A stretch of 38,890 nucleotides of DNA from Promethearchaeota archaeon (GCA_016839705.1 JAEOTR010000045.1:1-38890); one strand, 5' to 3'; positions 18,429 through 27,933 are shown, numbered from the stretch's first letter. Made by a program: numbers and translations. Notes: a model not told the origin generated them from the letters alone.

Positions 18429-20147
18429 TTAGTCATTCGAAAAAGAAACATTTCTATAGTTTTTGTTCGAATTATATGCCCACATTGCTGTTTGAAAGCT
18501 TCTACAGTGAATCCATGTTTTTAAGAATTTTTTATACAACGTCCACCTGGAATACAATTTTCTTGAGCATTTTCTATGATGATCTAAGAATTGTTCATTT
18601 TCCATATTATTAACATGATAAGTTAAATGTCCCATATCATAGAACTTCCAATCTTGAGGAAAATTAGTATATATGAGTCTTTCATTTTGCTGTAATTCTT
18701 TGAATAATCTTGTGCCTGGTAAAGGCGTTAAAGTGGTAGTTTGAATAACATCAATACGATTTTTTAAAATATACTTGACTTTTCTATACATACTTTTTTC
18801 TGTTTCTGAATCAGAACCAAAAATGAATGCTCCTAAGACTGCGATTTTATATTTATTGATATTTTCGAAAGCCTGTTTATATTCCAGTTGAAGGTTCAAT
18901 TTTTTATCCATTACTTTCAGTTCTTCTGGATCAGCAGATTCTAACCCAAGAAACACCATTTTGCATCCTGCTCTTGCCGCCCATTTAATTACTTCTTCAT
19001 TGCTCCCAAAATTTAAGGAAGCTTGACAAAACCATGTTTTGGTTAGTTTTCTATCAACCATTCCCTTAAAAAGTTGGATAGCTCTCTCTTCAGCACCTTT
19101 ACCATAGCCAAGAATATTATCGTCAACAAAGAAAATCATTCTTTGATGCATTTGTTCCAATTCATCTAAGACTTCCTTATAAGGACGTTGTCGATATTTT
19201 CTTCCATTGAAAGCACTGACAGAACAGAAATAGCAATCCATAGGACAACCTCTTGAAGTTTGTAAAGTTCCAAATAAATATTTGTTGCTAAATAGATCTC
19301 GATTAGCGATTGTACTATTTTCTAAATCCAGATGAACTCCATTATATTTTTGTTTTAATGTATTATTTAAAAAATCATCGATAACAGTTGACCATACACT
19401 CTCTGCTTCCCCTACGACTACAGAATCTACATACTTTAAAGCCTCTTCAGGAACCATTGAAGCGTGTATTCCTCCCATAATCACAGGAATATTATCTTTT
19501 CTGTAATGAGCAGCAATTTCATAAGCTCTATTTGCCACTGAAGTAAATGCTGTTATTCCAACAAGATCAGCGTTTTCATATTCGAAATCCTCAAAATTCT
19601 CATCGATTATTTTAACTTGAAAGGTCTCGGGAGTTAACGCCGCCACTATCCCTAATCCCAATGGAGGAAAAGTGGAGGAGGGATTAATTGTCAATCCTGC
19701 AATCTCTTTATTAACAGGATTTATTAATAAGAGTCTCTTTTTGGTTTGGTCTTCTTTAATTTCAATAGCTTTATCCTCAATTTCAAACTGTTTTTTTAAA
19801 TCTCGAATTAGGATGTATATTCCTAAGAAGTAAAACACTACGCTAATTATGTAAACCATAAAAAATAGGATTAAAGCAAAAAGATCGGTAAAGAGAAAAA
19901 TGAGGTTGATTATTATTGTAGGTAAAGAAAAGAACAACATCGGGATAATATAAGGGGATTTATTTTTAATTTTAATAACTACATTTTTGTTTTTTGCCGT
20001 TTCTTTCAATCCAGAAAGATATGGCATAGGATAAAATACTATAAAAGAAGGGATTATTATCCAACTATAATCCAGTAAAAAAAAAATTGTTATTAGTAAC
20101 ATAGATGCTAGAAATAGAAACAAGGGGAAGATATATTTTAATCTCAA
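18429..20147 (-). CDS. B12-binding radical SAM protein with N-terminal membrane segments
   Basis: PPLGLGIVAALTP, GGIHAS, VVVGEAE (B12-binding domain); TSRGCPMDCYFC; hydrophobic first ~115 aa. Confidence 0.85.
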   Translation of the reverse strand: MRLKYIFPLFLFLASMLLITIFFLLDYSWIIIPSFIVFYPMPYLSGLKETAKNKNVVIKIKNKSPYIIPMLFFSLPTIIINLIFLFTDLFALILFFMVYIISVVFYFLGIYILIRDLKKQFEIEDKAIEIKEDQTKKRLLLINPVNKEIAGLTINPSSTFPPLGLGIVAALTPETFQVKIIDENFEDFEYENADLVGITAFTSVANRAYEIAAHYRKDNIPVIMGGIHASMVPEEALKYVDSVVVGEAESVWSTVIDDFLNNTLKQKYNGVHLDLENSTIANRDLFSNKYLFGTLQTSRGCPMDCYFCSVSAFNGRKYRQRPYKEVLDELEQMHQRMIFFVDDNILGYGKGAEERAIQLFKGMVDRKLTKTWFCQASLNFGSNEEVIKWAARAGCKMVFLGLESADPEELKVMDKKLNLQLEYKQAFENINKYKIAVLGAFIFGSDSETEKSMYRKVKYILKNRIDVIQTTTLTPLPGTRLFKELQQNERLIYTNFPQDWKFYDMGHLTYHVNNMENEQFLDHHRKCSRKLYSRWTLYKKFLKTWIHCRSFQTAMWAYNSNKNYRNVSFSND

Positions 20148-20286
20148 TTAAAAAACCTCCTTTAGGCAAATTGGTATTAGATTTCCCTTTCTTATAATAT
20201 AAAATAATTTAAAACAATCTTAAGATAACAAAATTTTAGGGGATTAAAAAAGTCTAAGAAAATTTTTTAAATACCCATAATTCTTA

Positions 20287-21516
20287 ATGACTATGAATAA
20301 AGTAGCGATAATAGGAGTAGGACATACCAAATTTGGTAAGATTCAAGATAAAGGATTAATGGATTTGTTATGTGAAGCATCTTTAACTGCGATTGAAGAT
20401 TCCAATACAAATGACAAAGATTTTGATTCTGTATATGTTGGAGCAATGAGTCCAGAAATTTTGAACAAAACCGCAGGTGTTGCAAGCGCTCTTGTTGATA
20501 GAATTAGTTTAATTCCTGCCGCTGCCGATGATATTAAAAATGGACCCGCCAGCGGAGGATCCGCAATTAAAGCAGGATTCCAGGCAATTGCTTCAGGAAT
20601 GAGTGAGTTAGTACTAGTTGTGGGGGGTGAAAAAATGACTCATATCACAACACCGGGGTATGTGACTTCTACTGTAGCCACATTAACTCAACCAGAAGCG
20701 GAAAGACCTCATGGGGTTTCATTACCCTCATTTGCAGGATTACTTACTCGTGCCTATCTTGAGAAATATAATGCGAAACTAGAATGGATTTCTGATATTG
20801 CTATTAAAAATCATAAAAATGGAGCATTGAATCCAAACGCCCATTTCCAGAAAACAATTGAAGATTTCATGAAAATTGCTATTGAAAAAGGGAGAGGTAG
20901 TTGGGATAATATTTATGAGTTTCTTAGTGATGATAAAACTAATCCTATAATTGCTGATCCATTGCGACTCTTCCATATATGCCCTATTTCTGATGGAGCT
21001 GCGGCATTAGTTTTATGTAATGCTGAGAAAGCTAAGCAGTACAATGATATGCCGATTATGATTTCTGGTGTCGGACAAGCAACAGATACTCATATCGTTT
21101 TTGAACGAGAAGAAATAATTACATTGAAGGCGTTAAAAATTTGCTCAAGTCAAGCTTATCAAATGGCAAAAAAAACACCAAAGGACATAGATGTTGCAGA
21201 ACTCCATGATGCTTTTGAGATTCTTGAAGCTGTTCAAAGTGAAGATATTGGATTCTTTAAGAAAGGTGAAGGTGCTAAAGCAGCTCATGAAGGTTTAACT
21301 GAAATTGGGGGAAAGATTCCTATTAATCCCTCGGGTGGATTAAAGGCACGTGGTCACCCTCTTGGTGCTACAGGAGTTGCTCAGGTTATTGAATTATATT
21401 GGCAATTAAGAGGGGAAGCAGGAAAAAGACAGGTAACAAGCGCAGAGACCGGGATTACTTGTAATTTTGGAGGATTTGGAAATAATATTATATCAATATT
21501 AGTTGAAAGGATGTAA
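20287..21516 (+). CDS. SCP2-type thiolase-family protein (nucleophile Cys absent)
   Basis: VAIIGVGHTKFG, GGEKMT, KNHKNGALNP, CPISDGAAA, ELHDAF, NPSGGLKARGHPLGATG; NGPASGG at the usual CASG position. Confidence 0.88.
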   Translation: MTMNKVAIIGVGHTKFGKIQDKGLMDLLCEASLTAIEDSNTNDKDFDSVYVGAMSPEILNKTAGVASALVDRISLIPAAADDIKNGPASGGSAIKAGFQAIASGMSELVLVVGGEKMTHITTPGYVTSTVATLTQPEAERPHGVSLPSFAGLLTRAYLEKYNAKLEWISDIAIKNHKNGALNPNAHFQKTIEDFMKIAIEKGRGSWDNIYEFLSDDKTNPIIADPLRLFHICPISDGAAALVLCNAEKAKQYNDMPIMISGVGQATDTHIVFEREEIITLKALKICSSQAYQMAKKTPKDIDVAELHDAFEILEAVQSEDIGFFKKGEGAKAAHEGLTEIGGKIPINPSGGLKARGHPLGATGVAQVIELYWQLRGEAGKRQVTSAETGITCNFGGFGNNIISILVERM

Positions 21517-21565
21517 TACTTAGGATTAATTTGGTATAATAAAGAAGTAATAGAAAGAAGTTAAA

Positions 21566-23473
21566 TTAGAAATTAGAGGATTCAATTTCTGCGATAAAAA
21601 GATTTCCAATTGAAAGCCATTTTTGCTTTGTTTCCAAATCATCAACTTCCTTTTCTGTAATCTCGATTCCTTGTTTAAGATTTTTCATTGCTAAATCGTA
21701 ATTATTAAGTTCCTTATAGCAAATTCCTAACTTAATATACGTTTGGTGAATATACCAATCCTCACTCGCTAATTCTAAGGTTTCTAAAAAATGATCAACT
21801 GCTTGTTCATAATCCTCAAAATACATTAAAATTTCTCCGTAGGTATCATGATATGTCCCATTTTCAGGAAATTTAGTAACAAGATCTTGCATTATATCTA
21901 GAGATTCATCTTTTTTATCTAAATATTGTAACCAATACGCTTTATAATTGAGAAGATCGGAATCTTCAGGATATTCTTTGATCAAATCATTAATTATCTC
22001 CAATCCCGCTTCAATTTTTTGCATTCTTCGAAGTATAGATGCTTTTTTGATTTGAATATCTTTAACATTTTCTGGAAAATTTGCATACATTTCATCAATA
22101 GTCACCAAGATTTCATTATAATCCTCATAATAAATCAAAATTTTAATTTTTGAATAATATAATTCAATATTTCCTGGATTGAGATTAATTTCTTCTGTAA
22201 TTTCTGTGACGTCCTGCTCATATTGCCCTCTTATTCCCTCAATACTCTTTGGTTGAAAAATATCCGCCAGGTCTTGCCAGATTATTCCTTCTAATTTATC
22301 AAACGTTTCTTTTAGTTCTACTTTCGCCTCGATCTTATAAGCTAAGTATTTGATGTAATCAGGTATAAAATCTCGTAGAGCATTTTTTAATTTTTTATCA
22401 AATAATATTTCACAGGCATCCTCAATAATATCGTCAACTTTATCCATAATGTTTATCGTTCGTGAAAACAGTTTATTTAAATAAGTAAACTTAGTAATAT
22501 GGTCTTCCGTAATTGCTTCAAGCATTACCTCTAATCTTTCATTTTCTTGAAAGTAAAAATGCATATCTGAAGGTAATATTAATTTAAAAAATTTAATTGG
22601 ATAAATATTGCTTTCAACAATTTCATCGACATAATACTCCAATTTTGTTTCCTTAATCGCATAAGTTTTTGAAAAATCTTCCATAGAAATATAATCGGGA
22701 TACCGATCAGGATGATTAGTAGATAGAAACAGCAAGATCTTATTAAAATCGTCCTCTTTTGTGAGCATGGATTCAACTCGGGAATAATCTAACTTTAGCA
22801 CATTGTTGAGGAATCTAAATTGTATGTCCTCATCTTTAATCTTATATTTATTGAAAAATTTAATGGTATTTTGAGTAACCTCTTCAATTCTCTTACTTTC
22901 TTCATCTAATATTGATTGACGATCCAAATTATAATCTCGTAGAATTATTGAATATTCTGCTTTACCGGATCGAGTGATTCTATATTCTTTTTCCTCTTTT
23001 TTTACAAATCCTTGATCTTGTAATAAATTTAGATTTTTTGATAATGAAGATTGGTTAATTTTAAGGGGCTCTGATAAAAAATCTGCCCACTTGCAATGAT
23101 TATTATTATATAGCATCCATAAAATCCAATGGTTGTAGTTTCTCTTTCTTCTGATGATCATTGGGGGATAACTTAGCTTTCTCTTTTTTTCATCTGAACT
23201 TGATAATTCTAAAAATCTCTTTCTACCCTCCGAAGTAATTTTATAGTGCCCTCTTGATATATTTTCGACTAGATGTTTACCCTTTAATAAGGATAAATAT
23301 TTTGAGAGAGTAGATAATCGAAGTTCGAGAGGCTCATCTGTAAAATTAGCCCACTCGCATTCTTCATTATTAGATAACATCCAGAGAATGATATGCTCAA
23401 AATTTTTCTTCTCCATTACCGGAGGATTATATATCTCATGGGGAGGATAATTGATTTTATTCATGGTTCTCAT
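21566..23473 (-). CDS. Tandem winged-helix + TPR protein (putative transcription regulator), paralog 1
   Basis: Two wHTH repeats (ILWMLxNNxxCxWxxF...STLSKYLSLL/SSLSKNLNLL...YxITxxG); C-terminal TPRs (NGTYHDTYGEILMYFEDYEQAVDHF; TYIKLGICYKELNNYDLAMKNL). Confidence 0.8.
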   Translation of the reverse strand: MRTMNKINYPPHEIYNPPVMEKKNFEHIILWMLSNNEECEWANFTDEPLELRLSTLSKYLSLLKGKHLVENISRGHYKITSEGRKRFLELSSSDEKKRKLSYPPMIIRRKRNYNHWILWMLYNNNHCKWADFLSEPLKINQSSLSKNLNLLQDQGFVKKEEKEYRITRSGKAEYSIILRDYNLDRQSILDEESKRIEEVTQNTIKFFNKYKIKDEDIQFRFLNNVLKLDYSRVESMLTKEDDFNKILLFLSTNHPDRYPDYISMEDFSKTYAIKETKLEYYVDEIVESNIYPIKFFKLILPSDMHFYFQENERLEVMLEAITEDHITKFTYLNKLFSRTINIMDKVDDIIEDACEILFDKKLKNALRDFIPDYIKYLAYKIEAKVELKETFDKLEGIIWQDLADIFQPKSIEGIRGQYEQDVTEITEEINLNPGNIELYYSKIKILIYYEDYNEILVTIDEMYANFPENVKDIQIKKASILRRMQKIEAGLEIINDLIKEYPEDSDLLNYKAYWLQYLDKKDESLDIMQDLVTKFPENGTYHDTYGEILMYFEDYEQAVDHFLETLELASEDWYIHQTYIKLGICYKELNNYDLAMKNLKQGIEITEKEVDDLETKQKWLSIGNLFIAEIESSNF

Positions 23474-23520
23474 GTATTTATAGTTTATTAACCTATTTAA
23501 AATTTTATAATTTTACATTA

Positions 23521-23562
23521 GTTCGAACTTCGCGGAAAGTCTGTATAAATAAACTATATATG
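23521..23562 (+). promoter_or_regulatory. Operator (ACTT-N6-AAGT) plus BRE/TATA of peptide gene A
   Basis: gttcgAACTTcgcggaAAGTc ... aaactatatatg; near-identical copy at 23885-23925 with the same spacing. Confidence 0.65.
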
Positions 23563-23615
23563 AAAATAAAATAATAATAAAATTAACAAAAAAAAAAAAT
23601 TAAACGGTAAAAAAA

Positions 23616-23693
23616 ATGAAGAGAAAAGAAGGAAAAGTAGTAAGTAAAGTCTCTGCCGGATATAATCCAGTTTTCCAAAGTTTTGTTCGTTAA
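23616..23693 (+). CDS. Small peptide A, 25 aa: MKRKEGKVVSKVSAGYNPVFQSFVR
   Basis: Unannotated ORF with its own promoter and a downstream T-run; paralogous to 23976..24056. Confidence 0.65.
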   Translation: MKRKEGKVVSKVSAGYNPVFQSFVR

Positions 23694-23760
23694 AATATTA
23701 TTTTTTTTTATTTTATATTTTTTTCACGATTATTTTTCATTTCCATATTATAGAAATTAA

Positions 23761-23789
23761 CCTCCTAGTAGACTGAAACTACTAGGGGG
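23761..23789. other. GC-rich hairpin between the two peptide genes
   Basis: cctcCTAGTAG-actgaaa-CTACTAGgggg; cctagtag/ctactagg is a perfect 8-bp stem, extendable with G-C/G-U pairs. Confidence 0.5.
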
Positions 23790-23884
23790 TTTAAAATTTC
23801 TTTTACAGGGTTTTTAGGATAAAATACTCCAATAACCACCTTAAAATGATGTTTTTTGTATTCAATCAAAAACTTTTTCTATAA

Positions 23885-23925
23885 TTCAAACTTCGCAAAA
23901 AGTTCATATAATAAAACTATATATG
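23885..23925 (+). promoter_or_regulatory. Operator (AACTT-N6-AAGTT) plus BRE/TATA of peptide gene B
   Basis: ttcaAACTTcgcaaaAAGTT ... aaactatatatg; 25-nt operator-to-TATA offset, the same as in copy 1. Confidence 0.65.
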
Positions 23926-23975
23926 GCATTGTATAAATATATTATTTAGAACACCCTTAAAGAGGTTAAAAAAAA

Positions 23976-24056
23976 ATGAAGAAAAATGCCAAGGAAGGAT
24001 TAATAAAAATAAATAACTATGGTCAAAATCCATTATTTCGGGATTTGCTTAAATAA
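23976..24056 (+). CDS. Small peptide B, 26 aa: MKKNAKEGLIKINNYGQNPLFRDLLK
   Basis: Unannotated ORF; SD-like gaggt upstream, T-run downstream; shares MK..KEG...GxNPxF with peptide A. Confidence 0.65.
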   Translation: MKKNAKEGLIKINNYGQNPLFRDLLK

Positions 24057-24197
24057 CTTTTTTTTAATTTTGTTTTATTCTTGATTTTGGATATTTTACT
24101 TATTTTGAAATCATTTTACCTAAAATTTTAAATTTCAAAAATTATAATCATTCATTAAGAAAAATTTTGATCATTTTGATAACTTTTTTATGTCTCG

Positions 24198-24743
24198 ATG
24201 AGTGATCCTCAGAAATATAGATTTAAGATAACCGTCATCGGTGATGGTCAAGTGGGTAAAACTTCCTTGATTAAGAAGTTTACTCAAGGTTCATTTGTTA
24301 AAGATTATGTGAAGACTTTGGGAGCTCAATTTTCAAAATTTGAGAAAATAATAGAAGGGGATGAAACTCGATTGATCTTCTGGGATATAGCAGGTCAAGA
24401 TGATTTTCGTTTTTTACTCCCTACATTTTATAGAGAAAGTAATGCGGCAATTATCGTTTATAGTCTTGAAGAAAATGAGCTAGGAACGCGAAGTTTTGAG
24501 CATGTACGAAATTGGTATGAAAATATTAAGAAGTTTTGCGGGGAGATTCCGATGATACTTTTTGGTAATAAAGTTGATTTAATTGAGGAAGATGAGCTCG
24601 AAAATTCTGAGGCCCATGATTTTGTAGAGAAAAACGGATTTCTCGGATATTATTTAACCTCAGCAAAAACGGGGAAACGAGTTCATGATGCGTTTAATAC
24701 AATAATTAACGAACTATACTACAAATCCAAGGCTTTATCATAA
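24198..24743 (+). CDS. Rab-like small GTPase
   Basis: GDGQVGKTS, YVKTLG, WDIAGQ, GNKVDL, TSAKTG; no C-terminal prenylation Cys. Confidence 0.93.
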   Translation: MSDPQKYRFKITVIGDGQVGKTSLIKKFTQGSFVKDYVKTLGAQFSKFEKIIEGDETRLIFWDIAGQDDFRFLLPTFYRESNAAIIVYSLEENELGTRSFEHVRNWYENIKKFCGEIPMILFGNKVDLIEEDELENSEAHDFVEKNGFLGYYLTSAKTGKRVHDAFNTIINELYYKSKALS

Positions 24744-24780
24744 GTATAGTAATTAAAAAATATAAAATTTGAAAAAAATT

Positions 24781-27273
24781 TTAAAAATCAGCTTCCATTT
24801 CAGCAATTTCAGCTAGAAAGAGCTCTGCTATTGTGAGCCAATTTCGTTTTGTATCGAGATCACAAAAACATTTATTTGTGAATTCTTTCCCTTTTGAAAG
24901 GTTTTCAATAGCTGAATCTTGATCTCCCATTTCTTTATAACATATTCCTAGTTTAATATATGTTTGGTTAATATACCATTCATTACTCTCTAGTTCTATT
25001 GCCTTTTGGAACTCGTTAATAGCCTTTTCATATTCTTCAAAATTCATTAAAATTTCTCCATAAGTATCATGGAACATTCCATTATCTGGTTCCCGCTTGA
25101 GTAAGCCTTCTATGATCTCTAAGACATTCTCTTTTTTATCTAAATATTGTAACCAATAAATCTTGTTAAGTAAGAGATTATTATCCTCTGGATATTTTTC
25201 AATTAATTCATTAATGATTTCTAATCCTTCTTCAAGATTTTTCTTTTCTCTCAGAATATAGGCTTTTCTAATTTTTAGGCTTCTTTCACCTTCAGGAAAT
25301 TCTTTAAGTAAATGATCTAGAATATCTAATATTTCATCGAACTTATCAAAATAAAGCAATATTCGATTCTTTGAATTATAGAAATCAAGATTTTTGGGAT
25401 TTAATGTAATAGCATTGTCAATTGACTCAAGAGCTTCTTCATAGTTATTTGATTCCAATAAAAATTGACTTTTTAATTGATGATATCTTGCTTTATTTGA
25501 GTCATAGGCGTCTAATGCAATGGCATCTTCAATTTCAGTTAGTCGATCTTCTCTTTCGGAGTCAAACTCATACATCCGATTATAACCTTCTACTAATGCC
25601 ACTAGAGCGTGGGATAAAGGGTGATCAGGATAAAATTTCTGTCCTTTATCCACTATTTCAAATGCATTTTCATATTCTCCAAGTGCCATAGAAGAAAATC
25701 CCAAGACAAAATAATAAAGAGCATATAATGGATTATCTTTATCAACTTGGGTTGATTTTATGCGCTTATTCAGAAAATCTACAGATTCTTTATTGCGATT
25801 TAAATAAGCGAGAGTCATAGCTTTATAGATAATAATATCTAAGTCCTTCTTACCAGACTTAATAACCGAATTAAGAAGTTCCAATGTACTACCATATTTT
25901 TTTTCATCTAACGAGTGGATAATCTTCTTATACACTGAATCTGGTTTTGATGCCAGATACGGCCTTATTACCTCTAAAATACCTGTATCTAAATAATAAT
26001 TCATTTCATTTTCACCGATAAATTGATATTGCGAGGTCATTGAGAGACCCTCTTGTAATATTTCAGGGATATTCTGCCAAATTATACCTTCTAACTTACC
26101 AGAAATACCTAATAATTTCTTTTCTTTTTCAATTTTATATGCCAGATAATTAATATATCCTGGCAAGAATTTTAGTAATGAACTTTTCAAATCCTCATGG
26201 AAAACATATTGACAAGCTTCTTCCAAAATAGCATTTACAGTAGAATTCATGTCGAGGGGAAGTATTAGATTTGATGATTTTTCAAATAACTTATTCAAAT
26301 AGGTGAATTTTGTAATATGTTCTTCGGTAATAACTTGAAGCATCATTTCTAATTTCTCATCTGACTGAAAATAATAAATTCTGTCAGGAGGAATTTCTAA
26401 TTTGAAAAATTTTGTTGTAAAGATTTGATTTTCGACGATTTCATCAATATAATAATCAAGCGTAGTTTTTTTAATATCATACTTTGACGAAAATTCCTCA
26501 GGAAAGATATATTTCGGATACTCACTGGGATGATTAATAGAAAGAAAGAGTAAAATTTTATGAAAATCTTCTTCATTTCGTAATACATTTTTAATTTTGG
26601 AGTATTCTAGTTTTAAAACACTGTTAAGAAATCTAAACTGAGTATCTCTATCTCTTATGTCAAAATCTCTAAAAAATTTGAGCGTTTTTTGCGTTAACTC
26701 TGTAATTCGTTTGCTTTCTTCTTCTAAAATTGATTGCCTGTCTAGATCATATTGTGTTAACATTTTAGAATATTCCGATTTACCCATTTGAGTAATCTTA
26801 TATTCCTTTTCCTCTTTTCTTACAAAATTTTTACTAATTAAATCATTCAGATTTTTCGATAACGATGATTGATTTATTGACAAAGGCTCATCAAGAAAGT
26901 CTGCCCATTTGCAATAGTTATTATTATACACCATCCAAAGAATCCAGTGATCATAGTTTCGGCGGGTAAGTATTACTTTTGGAGGATAACTTAATTTCCT
27001 TCCCCCTCTTTTAGCTTGGCCCAATTCATAATATTTTTCACGTCCCTTAGATGTTATTTGGTACTGATTGAATTCACTTTTTATAATATATCCATCACGT
27101 TTAAGTCTGGATACATATATTGAAAGGGTGGATTTATTAATTTTTTCCTTTAATTCTGACCAAGAACAAACTTTATTATTGCTTAACATCCAAAGGATAA
27201 TATACTCCCAATTGGGTTTACCAATAATTGGGTTTAAAATTTCCTCAGGGGGGAAATTGCACGTGGTATCCAA
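24781..27273 (-). CDS. Tandem winged-helix + TPR protein (putative transcription regulator), paralog 2
   Basis: Same architecture as 21566..23473 (shared LSYPP..I...NY.HWILWM.YNNN.CKWADFL.EPL.INQSSLSKNL; YDLDRQSILEEESKRI; TYIKLGICYKE) with about 195 extra residues of TPR-like repeats. Confidence 0.8.
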   Translation of the reverse strand: MDTTCNFPPEEILNPIIGKPNWEYIILWMLSNNKVCSWSELKEKINKSTLSIYVSRLKRDGYIIKSEFNQYQITSKGREKYYELGQAKRGGRKLSYPPKVILTRRNYDHWILWMVYNNNYCKWADFLDEPLSINQSSLSKNLNDLISKNFVRKEEKEYKITQMGKSEYSKMLTQYDLDRQSILEEESKRITELTQKTLKFFRDFDIRDRDTQFRFLNSVLKLEYSKIKNVLRNEEDFHKILLFLSINHPSEYPKYIFPEEFSSKYDIKKTTLDYYIDEIVENQIFTTKFFKLEIPPDRIYYFQSDEKLEMMLQVITEEHITKFTYLNKLFEKSSNLILPLDMNSTVNAILEEACQYVFHEDLKSSLLKFLPGYINYLAYKIEKEKKLLGISGKLEGIIWQNIPEILQEGLSMTSQYQFIGENEMNYYLDTGILEVIRPYLASKPDSVYKKIIHSLDEKKYGSTLELLNSVIKSGKKDLDIIIYKAMTLAYLNRNKESVDFLNKRIKSTQVDKDNPLYALYYFVLGFSSMALGEYENAFEIVDKGQKFYPDHPLSHALVALVEGYNRMYEFDSEREDRLTEIEDAIALDAYDSNKARYHQLKSQFLLESNNYEEALESIDNAITLNPKNLDFYNSKNRILLYFDKFDEILDILDHLLKEFPEGERSLKIRKAYILREKKNLEEGLEIINELIEKYPEDNNLLLNKIYWLQYLDKKENVLEIIEGLLKREPDNGMFHDTYGEILMNFEEYEKAINEFQKAIELESNEWYINQTYIKLGICYKEMGDQDSAIENLSKGKEFTNKCFCDLDTKRNWLTIAELFLAEIAEMEADF

Positions 27274-27428
27274 AGTTCATCCATTGTAAAGCAATTGTAA
27301 TAATTAATATAAGAAAAGGGTTTATATATATATTTTTGGTTTGAACTCTAATTAGACTTCAAATTGTGTTATTTTGGCTAGACAAATCAAACAAGCTTAA
27401 AGCAATTATCTATCTGACTATCTAAAAG

Positions 27429-27472
27429 TAGTCTAAGAGTCCATTCAGAGTTCCTAAAATTAAACTATATAT
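27429..27472 (+). promoter_or_regulatory. Putative operator (TCTAAGAnTCCA) plus BRE/TATA for the 27514 small gene
   Basis: tctaagagtcca starts 30 nt before aaactat; same arrangement at 27934-27970. Confidence 0.5.
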
Positions 27473-27513
27473 TAAACCATTCCGTTATATTATTTAATAA
27501 AAAAAAAATAAAA

Positions 27514-27708
27514 ATGTTGAAAAAAATGACCCTAATATATGAAGAAGTAATGGTTGAAAAAGTCGAAAAGATTGAAGAACCTGAAAATCTTGGGGATTTG
27601 AATCCACAATATTTTGAGGAAGCCTCTTATCTTAAAGAAGCTCAAGAGAGAATTCAGGCTTCAGATATATATGCTGGCTCCAAATTCAATTTTTTTAGTG
27701 CTTTTTAA
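27514..27708 (+). CDS. Small acidic hypothetical protein ending ...GSKFNFFSAF
   Basis: ORF divergent from wHTH-TPR paralog 2 with its own TATA; protein-like composition. Confidence 0.65.
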   Translation: MLKKMTLIYEEVMVEKVEKIEEPENLGDLNPQYFEEASYLKEAQERIQASDIYAGSKFNFFSAF

Positions 27709-27933
27709 AACACTTATCTAATTTTTTAATTCTTAAATTTATATTCTGCTTGATTCTTATTTTGTATAATATTCTTTTCAATAATTTCTCCTCCATATTT
27801 AATAAGAAAATTCAGGAGTTATAATAACTTAAAATCTATTACTACTTCCAAGATTTAAACTTTTGCTAAATCTTATAAAATCAATTGAATTTCAATTAGT
27901 TTTGTTATTTACAAAAAAAGAATCTATAACAAA

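Noticed and set aside
23616-24056. Classical Sec-secreted pheromone precursors
   Set aside because: Basic N-termini are present but there is no hydrophobic h-region, so secretion is not claimed
23521-24060. CRISPR array or transposon ends suggested by the repeated ttcRaacttcgc motif
   Set aside because: Only two copies about 360 bp apart, tied to TATA boxes; no cas or transposase genes
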